Of a DNA stretch of 64,000 nt, positions 1 through 9,053 are shown one piece after another. Source of the DNA: Candidatus Latescibacterota bacterium (lineage in GTDB: Bacteria > Latescibacterota > UBA2968 > UBA8231). The position numbers and the translations under genes are program-made. The stretch covers positions 44,734 to 108,733 of the forward strand of contig JAYZFI010000014.1 of NCBI GenBank assembly GCA_036336855.1, given 5' to 3'. Under the pieces are notes generated by a model, which did not search any database, was not told the DNA's origin, and saw only the letters and a list, made by a program, of their open reading frames with translations. Numbering within the stretch: the first letter of the stretch is position 1; each line of letters opens with the position of its first letter.

Positions 1-2
1 TT

Positions 3-227
3 AGTCGCGCAGACAGCCTCAGCTACGGCCTTGGAGATGACCTCGACCTGCAGGCTTTCCGCGGTTACGTGTCGCTGGCGAATCTCTATTTGGGCATGAG
101 CCTCGACGAGCTGGGCAGACGCGCGGAAGCAATGCGTCGGTATGATCGGGTTCTACGCCTGCCAGCGAAAGGTAGCAGCCACAAGCGGGCCGAGGGTTAT
201 AAGCGCGAACCCTTCACGCGCGAGTGA
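3..227 (+). CDS. C-terminal fragment of a TPR-like repeat protein (5' end outside window)
   Basis: Open frame 3 from the window edge to TGA at 225-227 (...AFRGYVSLANLYLGMSLDELGRRAEAMRRYDRVLRL...), which reads as helical TPR-like repeats. It is absent from the ORF track because there is no in-window start. Overlaps the convergent trmH-like gene by 14 nt. Confidence 0.3.
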   Translation, partial: SRADSLSYGLGDDLDLQAFRGYVSLANLYLGMSLDELGRRAEAMRRYDRVLRLPAKGSSHKRAEGYKREPFTRE

Positions 228-801
228 GTCCTGGCTCGAAGCCCCACTGGCGTAGTGCTTCGAAAACCACGACTGCGGCGACACAGGCGACGTTGAGGGA
301 GTTCTTGTAGCCGAAGACGGGTACTTCGACGATGCCGTCGCAGGTCCCCAGTACCTCTCTCTCTACCCCCAGGGCCTCATTTCCCAAGACGAGAGCCAAT
401 GGCTGTGGATACGACACCTCATGGTAGGGACGGCTCTGTGACGTCGTCTCCATGGCCCACACCGCGATTCCTCGAGCGGTGAGGCTCGCTATCGCCTCGA
501 CGGTCTTGTCGAAGTGCTCATGGGGGACGTAGTCGAGAGCGCCGAGGGCGGTCTTTTCCAGGCGGGGATGGGGTGGGTGGGCGGTGTATCCGCAGGTTAT
601 GACGCCAGCGAGCCGGGCGGTGTCAGCGGAGCGGAAAATGGAACCCACATTGAAGGCGCTCCGCAGGTTGTCGAGCACCAGGTACAGAGGAAATTTCTCA
701 AGGGCGGCAAAGCGCTCCTGCGGCATGTCGAGATCCCGACTGCGGACGTCGAGTCGGGTCTCCTCGCCCGTGGTCGGGTCCCCACATCGGGGCGAGATCA
801 C
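214..801 (-). CDS. SpoU/TrmH-family RNA 2'-O-methyltransferase
   Basis: 195 aa. SpoU motifs LVLDNLRSAFNVGSIFRSADT, GNEALGV and VPVFGYKNSLNVACVAAVVVFE. Confidence 0.85.
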   Translation of the reverse strand: MISPRCGDPTTGEETRLDVRSRDLDMPQERFAALEKFPLYLVLDNLRSAFNVGSIFRSADTARLAGVITCGYTAHPPHPRLEKTALGALDYVPHEHFDKTVEAIASLTARGIAVWAMETTSQSRPYHEVSYPQPLALVLGNEALGVEREVLGTCDGIVEVPVFGYKNSLNVACVAAVVVFEALRQWGFEPGLTRA

Positions 802-1865
802 GCCGCGATGAATCCGTCGAGAGTGACTGATTCTCCAGTCCGAGCAGAGCGCTTGGCGGCGTCGAGAACGTCCATGACGCGACAGGCGCTCTCTGAAGTG
901 ACGGTGAGCTCAGCCTCACCGCGAATCGCCGCGGCGACGTTCTCGTAGTAGGAGCGCCAACGTCCGGATATCGGCTCCAGCACCTCCTGCCGCGTACCGT
1001 CGTCACCGGTGACGAACAGCCGGGGCCAGTTGTCACGTTTTTCCTGTGCCGAATCGATGTCGCCGGCGACCATGGCCGCCTCCTGAGGATCAAGACCCTC
1101 CTTCACTAGCGCCGCCTCGGTTCCAAGGAGGTACCAGCGTGGCATCTGCGCTCGTGCCATGGAAGAGGTGATGACGTGGATGTCCAGCCCGCCTGGGAAG
1201 GAGAGAGTGCAGTGGGCGTGGTCTTCCACATCATTCTCCCAGCCGCCGTCGTAGAACCGCGCGAAGACCCGCTCAGGAAGTCCGTCGGCCAGCTGCAGTG
1301 CCTGGTCGATCATGTGGGCGCCGAGGTCGACGAACTTACCGCCACCGCGGTCACACTCACCGCGCCAGGAGCGCGGAGGTCCGTATTGGCCCCAGGCCAG
1401 CTGTACGTAGGCGAGATCGCCGAGAAGGCCGTCGTCCAGAGCCTTGAGGACGGTAAGGTAGTCACCGTCCCAGCGACGGTTCTGGAAGACGCTCAGCCGT
1501 CGGCCGCTGGCGCGTTCCGCCGCCATCATGGCTCGCGCTTGGGCGCCATCCAAGCACATGGGCTTGTCCGTCACAACATGACGCCCCGACTCCAGTGCGG
1601 CGATCGCTTGGGATGCGTGCACGTCGTTGGGGGTGGCGAGAACGACGAGCTCTACCGCCTCGTCATCGAGGACTTGCTCGAAGCGCTCGTAAGCGCGCAC
1701 GCCGAGGTCATTTTCGATGGCAGTGCGGGCTTCGGTGCGACTGGACACGACGCCTATCAAGCGCAGACTGGGCTCGGCGAGACCTACGAGATAGGAGTGG
1801 AAGCAGCGGCCGGCATAGCCATAGCCGACCACAGCTGTGCCGATGGGCTCAGGGCTCGATGCCAT
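798..1865 (-). CDS. Gfo/Idh/MocA-family NAD(P)-dependent oxidoreductase
   Basis: 355 aa. N-terminal Rossmann segment GTAVVGYGYAGR followed by the typical Gfo/Idh/MocA C-terminal dimerisation region. 4-nt overlap with the upstream trmH-like gene. Confidence 0.85.
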   Translation of the reverse strand: MASSPEPIGTAVVGYGYAGRCFHSYLVGLAEPSLRLIGVVSSRTEARTAIENDLGVRAYERFEQVLDDEAVELVVLATPNDVHASQAIAALESGRHVVTDKPMCLDGAQARAMMAAERASGRRLSVFQNRRWDGDYLTVLKALDDGLLGDLAYVQLAWGQYGPPRSWRGECDRGGGKFVDLGAHMIDQALQLADGLPERVFARFYDGGWENDVEDHAHCTLSFPGGLDIHVITSSMARAQMPRWYLLGTEAALVKEGLDPQEAAMVAGDIDSAQEKRDNWPRLFVTGDDGTRQEVLEPISGRWRSYYENVAAAIRGEAELTVTSESACRVMDVLDAAKRSARTGESVTLDGFIAA

Positions 1866-1963
1866 TGATCAGACGTGTCCCGTAAAGGTTTCAACGCAGT
1901 GGTTGGAATTGTAGCCGAGGGTGTATTTTCCAGCAACCGAGACTCGGAGGAGGAAGGCGCGCG

Positions 1964-2335
1964 ATGACGAGAATCCATTTGAGATGGCCCGACGGCGAGG
2001 TCTACGCCGAGCTTCACGACACCCTCACGACCCGGGCCCTGATGCAGGCACTGCCGTTGTGCGCCCGGGCTAACATCTGGGGCGACGAGGTCTACTTCGA
2101 TACCGGCATCGCCGTGGAGTTGGAAGAGGACGCGCGCCAGGTCGTGGATCCGGGAACGGTGTGTTTTTGGGTGGAAGGCAAGTCGCTGGCACTGCCCTAC
2201 GGACCCACGCCGATGTCGCAGGGAAACGAGTGCCGATTGGTCTCCGACGTCAATATCCTAGGTCAACTGGAGGAAGATGCCCGGATACTGGCCTCCATCT
2301 GTGCCGGAGACGAAGTAAGGGTCCAGTCCGCCTGA
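1964..2335 (+). CDS. small cyclophilin-like-fold protein (DUF3830-like), function unknown
   Basis: 123 aa, single clean ORF. Family assignment is from memory of DUF3830-type sequences (WPDGEV..., CFWVEGKSLALPYGPTP); weak. Confidence 0.45.
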   Translation: MTRIHLRWPDGEVYAELHDTLTTRALMQALPLCARANIWGDEVYFDTGIAVELEEDARQVVDPGTVCFWVEGKSLALPYGPTPMSQGNECRLVSDVNILGQLEEDARILASICAGDEVRVQSA

Positions 2336-2424
2336 GCGCTCGATCAGGGAACGACTCGGTTTCGAGATCAGTCTGCATCAATGGCATGCACCGCTCGATC
2401 TGAGCACAACACACACCGTTAAGC

Positions 2425-3801
2425 ATGACTGATCCCCCCCGAAGATCATGGGGCCTGTACGGGCTTCTGCTGTTGGTGCTGAGCGTCGAGTTCGGATGCG
2501 CCGCCGCTTACACTCGGCTCATAAGCAGCACCCTGCGCCGTCTCGAGTACAGGGACTACGAGGGAGCCCTCGCTAAACTGGAGAAGAAGTCGGAAGAGAC
2601 TGATCGGCTACTCTACCGCCTAGAAAAGGGGCTCATTCTCCACTACGCCGGTGGGTGGAGCGCCTCGAACGGGCAGTTCGAACGTGCCGAACGTCTCATC
2701 GACAAGCGTTACACGCGCTCCGCCAGTCGGGAGATAGCCGCCTTACTGACCAACGACGCGATTCGCCCATACCGTGGGGAAGAGTTCGAGCGCACGCTCA
2801 TTCACTACTACCGAGCGATGAATTATTACAAACTGGGACTGAACACGGACGCCCTCGTAGAGTGCCGCAAGGCAAACCTGCGGCTGGCTGATTTCGCCGC
2901 GAAGGCGGAGTACGAACTCAGTTACAACAACGACGCTTTTCTGCAATATCTCACGGGGGCGTTCTACGAAGCGGAGGGCGAATGGAACGACGCTTACATT
3001 TCCTATCGTGACGCCATCAAGGGCTTTGCTGCGTACCGGATCAGCCTCGGAATGGAGTTCCCCGAGGCCGCCGCCGCCGATTTGCAGCGCTCGGCGGTGC
3101 GCCTGGGCTTTGACGAAGAATGGGACCAGCTGGCGGACCGCTTCGATCTGCCCTCGGCTAATCCTCCCGCTGAGCGGGCGAGCGTAATCGTCATTGCAGA
3201 GAGCGGCTTTATAGGTCGCAAGGTGAAGAGGGAAATCAGCGTTCCGATCCTCGAGGATGACGACATCCGCCACGTTTGGATGGTTTCCGACCGACTCGTG
3301 CATCGTTACCACTACGGGTATCACAGCGGCGAGGTGGACTACTGGCTGCGCATTGCCCTGCCGGAGTACCGCCCTCGACCCCGCCGTGTGCACGGCGTGC
3401 AGTTGCGCGCACGCGGCCGGAAAAGTCGCGGCTGGATGGTGGAGGATCTCGACGCCATCGCGCAGCGCAGTTTCGCAGAAAAGGAGAATGCCGTGCTCAC
3501 TCGCACCGCCGTCCGGGCACTGGCCAAGTACGTCGCAACCGAGCTCGCCGAAGAGAAAAGCGACATCCTCGGATTTCTGGTGAACCTCTTCGGGGCAGGT
3601 ACCGAAGCGGCGGACACACGCAGCTGGCAGTCCTTGCCGGCGACGATCTGGATGGCGAGAATGCAGATTCCGCCGGGAACGACCGACGTGGTTCTGGAGT
3701 TTCTAGATGCAGGCGGATTTGTCGTGGCCGAGCACTTGTTCCCTGCCGTCGAGGTAAGTGCCACCCGGCCTCTTTTCCTCAGCCACCGTAGCTTCCGTTA
3801 G
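2425..3801 (+). CDS. secreted/envelope hypothetical protein with a helical-repeat N-terminal half
   Basis: 458 aa. N-terminal hydrophobic signal-like segment (LYGLLLLVLSVEFGCAAA). Repeat-like helical region (YRLEKGLILHYAGGW..., YYRAMNYYKLGLNTDALVECRKANL). First gene of a four-gene co-directional secreted module. Confidence 0.55.
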   Translation: MTDPPRRSWGLYGLLLLVLSVEFGCAAAYTRLISSTLRRLEYRDYEGALAKLEKKSEETDRLLYRLEKGLILHYAGGWSASNGQFERAERLIDKRYTRSASREIAALLTNDAIRPYRGEEFERTLIHYYRAMNYYKLGLNTDALVECRKANLRLADFAAKAEYELSYNNDAFLQYLTGAFYEAEGEWNDAYISYRDAIKGFAAYRISLGMEFPEAAAADLQRSAVRLGFDEEWDQLADRFDLPSANPPAERASVIVIAESGFIGRKVKREISVPILEDDDIRHVWMVSDRLVHRYHYGYHSGEVDYWLRIALPEYRPRPRRVHGVQLRARGRKSRGWMVEDLDAIAQRSFAEKENAVLTRTAVRALAKYVATELAEEKSDILGFLVNLFGAGTEAADTRSWQSLPATIWMARMQIPPGTTDVVLEFLDAGGFVVAEHLFPAVEVSATRPLFLSHRSFR

Positions 3802-3846
3802 CTACGACAGGGGAAATCAGGGAGAGGACACGAAAATAAGGGAAAT

Positions 3847-4680
3847 ATGAAGCGACTTCCGATTCATCTGGCGTTGGCTGCGCTGCTCACAAGTGCCGTA
3901 GCCGGGGGTCAGGAGGTGAGCGATCCTCCCCAACCCCTGGAAGACAGACTCGTCTTCAACATCGTCGATTGGGAGGGCGGGGAACTGCCTCCGATCTACG
4001 AGCGATCCGTCCAGCTTCCTCTCGCCCTGGAAGAAGTACTCGAGCTCAGTAAGGCAGAGTTTAGTGACGAGGCGATTGTCGAGATGCTGGAACAACGGCG
4101 CTGCGCCTGCGATGCCTCCGTATCGTCTATTGTCCGCCTTAAGAAAGCGGGGGTCTCCGAGCCGGTGATTCAAGCCACTTCCCTGCACTCCATACGTCCC
4201 AATCGCCACGTGAATCTCGCCGTCCACCTAGATTTCGAGGGACGCGGACAGGCGACAGAGGTGTCGCGGCGATCGCGTCGGTCCTACCTCTACCTGATCA
4301 TCCCCGACGGCGATCGCGAGCGCGTGTTCTTCGGCAATCTCCAGGCCATCCTCGCGGGCCGCTGGCACCAGGACGCTCTGCTGGACCATACCGATCTGCT
4401 GTTGCCAAAGAAGACACGTCGCGTCTCCTTCACCGCCCGGGTACCGCTGAAGACGCACGGGATCCGCAAGGCCTTGGTGTTCACCTCGACCCGCCCCAAC
4501 ATTTACACTTCCGCCGACATTCCCGGCGCGGATCGCAGTGCCGCGCAGGAGTTCTCCTTCGATTATCCGGTTGCCTCCCTGCGACAGGACTGCTCTCTGC
4601 AAATTCTGCAGCGCCAGGATGCGCTGCTCGATGATCGCTGGCATCTCGAACGGTCCCACTTCGAGTGCGAATGGGACTGA
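3847..4680 (+). CDS. secreted hypothetical protein
   Basis: 277 aa. Clear Sec signal peptide (MKRLPIHLALAALLTSAVAGG). Purine-rich GGAAAT about 6 nt upstream of the start. No recognisable domain. Confidence 0.55.
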   Translation: MKRLPIHLALAALLTSAVAGGQEVSDPPQPLEDRLVFNIVDWEGGELPPIYERSVQLPLALEEVLELSKAEFSDEAIVEMLEQRRCACDASVSSIVRLKKAGVSEPVIQATSLHSIRPNRHVNLAVHLDFEGRGQATEVSRRSRRSYLYLIIPDGDRERVFFGNLQAILAGRWHQDALLDHTDLLLPKKTRRVSFTARVPLKTHGIRKALVFTSTRPNIYTSADIPGADRSAAQEFSFDYPVASLRQDCSLQILQRQDALLDDRWHLERSHFECEWD

Positions 4681-4695
4681 AGGATAGAGTTCAAC

Positions 4696-5343
4696 ATGAC
4701 CACAGAGGACAGTAACATGGCACGCAAACCCGCTGGCCGCCGTAGTGTAGGGCGTGTGGCCATGCTCTTCGGGTTGGTGGCGATGACGACGGTCGCTTGC
4801 GCCGGCAATAGAGCCTTCACCCGGGGCACCTACGAGGATCCGCAAGAGATCGCCATGCTGGACGACGACTGGAACCAGAACGACATGCAACTGGTGGCCA
4901 AGAAGATTGTCTCTTCACTGCAGCAGTGGATCGTCCGCGACGAGTTGGGGAGCAAGCCTGTGATTGTCGTGGAGACGCCGCGGAATCGTACGACCGAGCA
5001 CCTTGATCTCGACGCGTTATACGATCACGTGAAGACAGCGCTGATCCGCAGCGGTCAGTTCGCCTTTCTCGACAAGGCCGCGCGGCAGGAGATCGCCCAA
5101 GAATACGAATACCAGGGCTCGGGCTACGTGGATCCCAACCACGCTATTGGTCCGGGCAATCAGCGCGCTGCGGAATTCCTCCTCGGGTTGGAGATCACTT
5201 CCGAGGTGCAACAGGTAGGCAGCCGAAAGGTCATTTACTACAAGGCCACCTTCGAGCTCACCGACATCGAGACCACTGAGATTGTGTGGACGGACCAAAA
5301 GGAGATCCGCAAGGACTTCCGCAAGCGCAGCATCGGATTCTGA
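4696..5343 (+). CDS. LpoB-like outer-membrane lipoprotein (COG3417 / penicillin-binding-protein activator LpoB family)
   Basis: 215 aa. Signal plus probable lipobox (LVAMTTVAC|AGN). C-terminal domain aligns by eye with E. coli LpoB: VIVVETPRNRTTEHLDLDALYDHVKTALIRSGQFAFLD versus LLVDSVNNRTNGSLNAAEATETLRNALANNGKFTLVS, and YKATFELTDIETTEIVWTDQKEI versus LQMQLMLVQTGEIIWSGKG. Confidence 0.6.
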   Translation: MTTEDSNMARKPAGRRSVGRVAMLFGLVAMTTVACAGNRAFTRGTYEDPQEIAMLDDDWNQNDMQLVAKKIVSSLQQWIVRDELGSKPVIVVETPRNRTTEHLDLDALYDHVKTALIRSGQFAFLDKAARQEIAQEYEYQGSGYVDPNHAIGPGNQRAAEFLLGLEITSEVQQVGSRKVIYYKATFELTDIETTEIVWTDQKEIRKDFRKRSIGF

Positions 5344-5355
5344 GGGGAGAGGAAT

Positions 5356-5916
5356 ATGACACGTTGGACTGTAGCGTTGGTGTTGACCCTCCTCATCGCT
5401 TCCTCGGAGCAGGCAGAGCCCACCGCGGGGCGAACCGACGGACCGGAGGGCAGCGAGATCGGCACGGGGGGATACGCGAACTGGCGCACGCCGGGCTCGT
5501 CCTACGTGGAAGGATACTTCGGAGCAGCGGGGGTGGATGTCGAGGTCGACAATGGACCTAACAATTCCGAGACCGAGCTGCTATCGGGGGTCAATGGCGG
5601 CTACCTGATCGAAGATTGGCTCGCCTTCCAACTGGGATTCGGCCACATCGGTGGAGACCTCAATGTTAATCTGTTCACCGCAGGCATGCGCAATTCGGTG
5701 GAACTGGAACCCTTCAACTACTTCTTCAGCTTCGATGCCGAGCTTTACTCACCGGACGTTGGAGACAGTCACTTCGGAATCGTGCCAGGCGTGGGAGCGG
5801 AGATGGTGCTCAACAAGCACTTGCGCGTAGGTCTGCGCTTCCAGCACGACTTCATTTTCGCCGACAACACCATCGGTATCAACCGGTTCACGGCTCGCGT
5901 ACAGTTCAAATTTTAA
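5356..5916 (+). CDS. small outer-membrane beta-barrel protein (OmpW/OmpA-like)
   Basis: 186 aa. Signal peptide (ALVLTLLIASSEQA). Alternating hydrophobic beta-strand pattern, aromatic-rich. Terminal ...RVQFKF-COOH, with C-terminal Phe as in OMP sorting signals. Confidence 0.55.
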   Translation: MTRWTVALVLTLLIASSEQAEPTAGRTDGPEGSEIGTGGYANWRTPGSSYVEGYFGAAGVDVEVDNGPNNSETELLSGVNGGYLIEDWLAFQLGFGHIGGDLNVNLFTAGMRNSVELEPFNYFFSFDAELYSPDVGDSHFGIVPGVGAEMVLNKHLRVGLRFQHDFIFADNTIGINRFTARVQFKF

Positions 5917-6503
5917 CCGGCGCATGTCCGTACCATCTTCAGGAAGTAGTCGTGCACCTGGGTGTCATCACTGGATAGTTCCGGGTGGAAGGTAGCGACG
6001 AGGACGTTGTCCTGCCGTGCTATGACCGTGTCGCCCTCGCACTCGCCCAGGGCGAGCACATTCGCCCCTGTACGGACGATTCGCGGCGCCCGGATGAAGA
6101 CCATGGGAATGCGGGTGCCCTCTGCGCTGAACACGCCTTCACCTTCGAAGCTCTCGCGTTGCCGACCGTAACCGTTGCGTTCGACGGCGACGTCGATGAC
6201 GCTGAGACTGCGCTGTCGTGGGTTCAGAACCTCCGAAGCTAGAATAATGAGCCCAGCGCAGGTGCCGAACACGGCGGCACCTGATCGGACGAACTCACGC
6301 AGGGGATCCCAGAACTCGAAGACATCCATTAACTTAATCAGCGTGGTCGACTCGCCGCCCGGTATCACCAACCCGTTCAAGCCTGTCAGCTGCTTAGGCT
6401 GACGAACGACGCGCACCTCGACGCCACGTCGCCTCAGCACCTGACCGTGAGCGGCAAAGTCCCCCTGTAGTCCGAGGACGCCAACGATAGGGGTGTTGTG
6501 CAT
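5913..6503 (-). CDS. pdxT: pyridoxal 5'-phosphate synthase glutaminase subunit PdxT
   Basis: Start trimmed to MHNTPIVGVLGLQGDF. Motifs GLVIPGGESTT, GTCAGLI (catalytic Cys) and FHPE. Its stop codon overlaps the stop of the convergent OMP gene. Confidence 0.9.
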   Translation of the reverse strand: MHNTPIVGVLGLQGDFAAHGQVLRRRGVEVRVVRQPKQLTGLNGLVIPGGESTTLIKLMDVFEFWDPLREFVRSGAAVFGTCAGLIILASEVLNPRQRSLSVIDVAVERNGYGRQRESFEGEGVFSAEGTRIPMVFIRAPRIVRTGANVLALGECEGDTVIARQDNVLVATFHPELSSDDTQVHDYFLKMVRTCAG

Positions 6504-6522
6504 AGTGAGAAGCCCCAGGCGC

Positions 6523-6556
6523 AAAAAAGAAGGCGTCCCGCTACGGAGACGCCTTC
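6523..6556 (-). terminator. Rho-independent terminator on the minus strand between pdxS and pdxT
   Basis: Perfect 9-bp stem gaaggcgtc / gacgccttc (6529-6537 and 6548-6556) with a 10-nt loop, followed on the minus strand by a TTTTTT run (plus-strand AAAAAA at 6523-6528). Sits 36 nt downstream of the pdxS stop and about 20 nt upstream of the pdxT start. Confidence 0.5.
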
Positions 6557-6592
6557 TGGATTTGAGCTGGGTCGGCTGATGCCGCCGAAAAC

Positions 6593-7501
6593 CTACCAGC
6601 CGCGCGTCTGCAGTAGCTGACCCTCGTCCAAGGTCCCCATCTCAATGCCCGGCATGGCCTCGCCGAGTTGCTCAGAGACCTGCACTAGGATCTCGGGATC
6701 ATCGTAGTTCGTCGTCGCTTTGACGATAGCTTCAGCGCGGTTCTTGGGATCGCTGGACTTGAAGATCCCGGAGCCCACGAAGACTGCCTCGGCGCCCAGC
6801 TGCATCATGAGCGACGCGTCAGCGGGAGTGGCGATGCCGCCGGCAGCGAAGTTTGGCACGGGCAGATTGCCGCTCTCGGCGGCCATGCAGATGAGCTCAT
6901 AAGGAGCGCCTAGATCCTTGGCAGCAGTCATCAACTGATCGGATCGGAGCGTCGTAAGGCGCCGCATCTCGTCGGTGACCGCGCGCATGTGACGCACCGC
7001 CTCGACGATGTTGCCGGAACCCGCCTCGCCCTTGGTTCGAATCATGCAGGCGCCTTCACCGATGCGGCGCAGTGCCTCGCCGAGGTTGCGAGCTCCGCAG
7101 ACGAAGGGAACCTCGAAGGCGAACTTGTCGACGTGGAAGTGCTCGTCGGCGGGGGTGAGAACCTCGCTCTCGTCGATGTAGTCGACGCCGAGGGCCTGCA
7201 GCACCTGCGCCTCGGCGAAGTGGCCAATGCGGACCTTGGCCATTACCGGAATCGACACCGCTTCCATGATTTCGCGGATCTTGGTGATGCTGGCCATACG
7301 AGCGACACCGCCCTCTTTACGAATGTCGGCGGGGACACGCTCTAAGGCCATGACCGCGGTTGCACCCGCATCCTCGGCGATCTTGGACTGAGTGGCGTCG
7401 GTGACGTCCATGATGACGCCGCCCTTCAACATCTCCGCCAGGCCGGTCTTGAGACGAATGGTGCCGCTGATGTGCTTGCCGTTGCCCTCTTGGGGATCCA
7501 T
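6593..7501 (-). CDS. pdxS: pyridoxal 5'-phosphate synthase lyase subunit PdxS
   Basis: 302 aa, highly conserved PdxS sequence (GGVIMDV..., [13 protein letters not shown]..., [12 protein letters not shown]..., [15 protein letters not shown]...). Confidence 0.95.
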   Translation of the reverse strand: MDPQEGNGKHISGTIRLKTGLAEMLKGGVIMDVTDATQSKIAEDAGATAVMALERVPADIRKEGGVARMASITKIREIMEAVSIPVMAKVRIGHFAEAQVLQALGVDYIDESEVLTPADEHFHVDKFAFEVPFVCGARNLGEALRRIGEGACMIRTKGEAGSGNIVEAVRHMRAVTDEMRRLTTLRSDQLMTAAKDLGAPYELICMAAESGNLPVPNFAAGGIATPADASLMMQLGAEAVFVGSGIFKSSDPKNRAEAIVKATTNYDDPEILVQVSEQLGEAMPGIEMGTLDEGQLLQTRGW

Positions 7502-7607
7502 CGCTGCTACTCCTGAGAATACTTCCGCAGACCGTATTTTTGACCTTTATACCCTCAAGGTACGCGTCACCTTGCTCACCGCAAACCAGGACTTTCTGCG
7601 CCTCAGT

Positions 7608-9053
7608 CTAGCCGCGCGCATTGTGCCAAAGTGCGAGACAGGCCTGCCAGGCGAACAGCCGCAGGGCGAGGGCGACCGCGACGGTGGTGGTTACGACGGC
7701 GGTCAGTAAAGCGCCGACAGGTGCCGAAGGGGCCCAAGGGTGCAGGAGCCAGAGAGTGCCCAGAACGAAGGCGGTGACGAGCGCCGGACGCAGCAGAGCG
7801 CCTAGGTAGTCGCCGAAGGAAAGGCCGATGAGGCGGTTGGTCAGATGCTGCGAGAGAGCGAGGAAGACCACCGCCGTCACCGCCACTGTTGCACTCACAC
7901 TGGTCACACCGAAGGCGACCGCGAAATAAAGGCTTGGAAGCAGCACGACCAAGGTGAACATCGACCAGTAGAGGGCCCAGTTCGAGCGCCCCTTGGCGAG
8001 AAAGACGGATCCCACGGTCATACCTACCGCTTTGATCAAGGTCGCGACGGCCAACAAGCGAAGCGGCCACAGGGCCGGAACCATCTCTTCGCCGGACAAG
8101 GCGACCACATCGGGGGCGAAAATGAAAAGTGCTGCCAGAGCCGGCCAGTACACCAGTGCCACTGCTTGTACGGTGCGCAGATAGGCGCGCCGCAGCAGCG
8201 GGTCGTCCTCCTGGACTACCGAAAAGGTCGGGAAGAACACGCGAGTGATGACGGTGGAGGCCCGCACTAGAGGTTGCAGCGTCAAGCGATACGCGAAGTT
8301 GTAGTGGCCGTTGGCGGCATCACCGAGGACGGGGAAGATCAACAGACGCGCCAGGTTGCTACCCATGAAGTTCAAGCACCGTGCGCCGGTGAGCTCGAGC
8401 CCGAAGCGGAGGATGCGCCGCAACGCGTCAAGGTCTAGTTGCAGGCGCGGCAGCCAGCGGGTGGCGACGACCAGGCCCAGCAGCAGACCCGCTTCGCGCG
8501 CCACCGCGCTCCACACCGGGCTCATCAGGGAATAGCCCGTGATCAGCAGCGCCCCCGCAGAGGCGAAATGCAGAAGGCCGGAGGCGATCTCGGCCAGCGA
8601 AATGCGCCGAAAATCAAGCTCTCGCTGAAGGCGGGCGCGGAAGATGCCCGACACGGAGGCAAAGGGTACCATCCAGATCAGCGAGGACAGCACCCGGTGG
8701 AAGGTCTCCGGATCCTTGCTCGCCAGCAGCTGGGAGAGCTGATTGGCACTGATCAAGACCACCGCGGTGACGGCGCCCCCGGTCAGCAGACTGGCGCAGA
8801 ACGCTGCGGAGAAGTGACGCTCCTCCGCTTCGTGAAACTGGACGAGGGCGCTGCCCAACCCGAGGTCGGTGAGCAGCGACAGCAGCATGACGAGGATCAG
8901 AGCGAACTCGAAGTTGCCCATCTGTCCCACAGGGATGAACCGGTAGAACAGCAGGGTCGCCAAGAGTTGTAGGACGAAGGGGCTGCCGGTCCAGAACACG
9001 CCTCGAACAGCGAGGGTGGCCAGAGAATGGGACGACCGGGACGACTCGCTCAA
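7608..9053 (-). CDS. polysaccharide biosynthesis protein / Wzx-like oligosaccharide flippase (MOP superfamily)
   Basis: 481 aa, about 12-14 predicted TM helices, typical PST-family composition. 4-nt overlap with the upstream isomerase gene. Confidence 0.7.
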   Translation of the reverse strand: MSESSRSSHSLATLAVRGVFWTGSPFVLQLLATLLFYRFIPVGQMGNFEFALILVMLLSLLTDLGLGSALVQFHEAEERHFSAAFCASLLTGGAVTAVVLISANQLSQLLASKDPETFHRVLSSLIWMVPFASVSGIFRARLQRELDFRRISLAEIASGLLHFASAGALLITGYSLMSPVWSAVAREAGLLLGLVVATRWLPRLQLDLDALRRILRFGLELTGARCLNFMGSNLARLLIFPVLGDAANGHYNFAYRLTLQPLVRASTVITRVFFPTFSVVQEDDPLLRRAYLRTVQAVALVYWPALAALFIFAPDVVALSGEEMVPALWPLRLLAVATLIKAVGMTVGSVFLAKGRSNWALYWSMFTLVVLLPSLYFAVAFGVTSVSATVAVTAVVFLALSQHLTNRLIGLSFGDYLGALLRPALVTAFVLGTLWLLHPWAPSAPVGALLTAVVTTTVAVALALRLFAWQACLALWHNARG

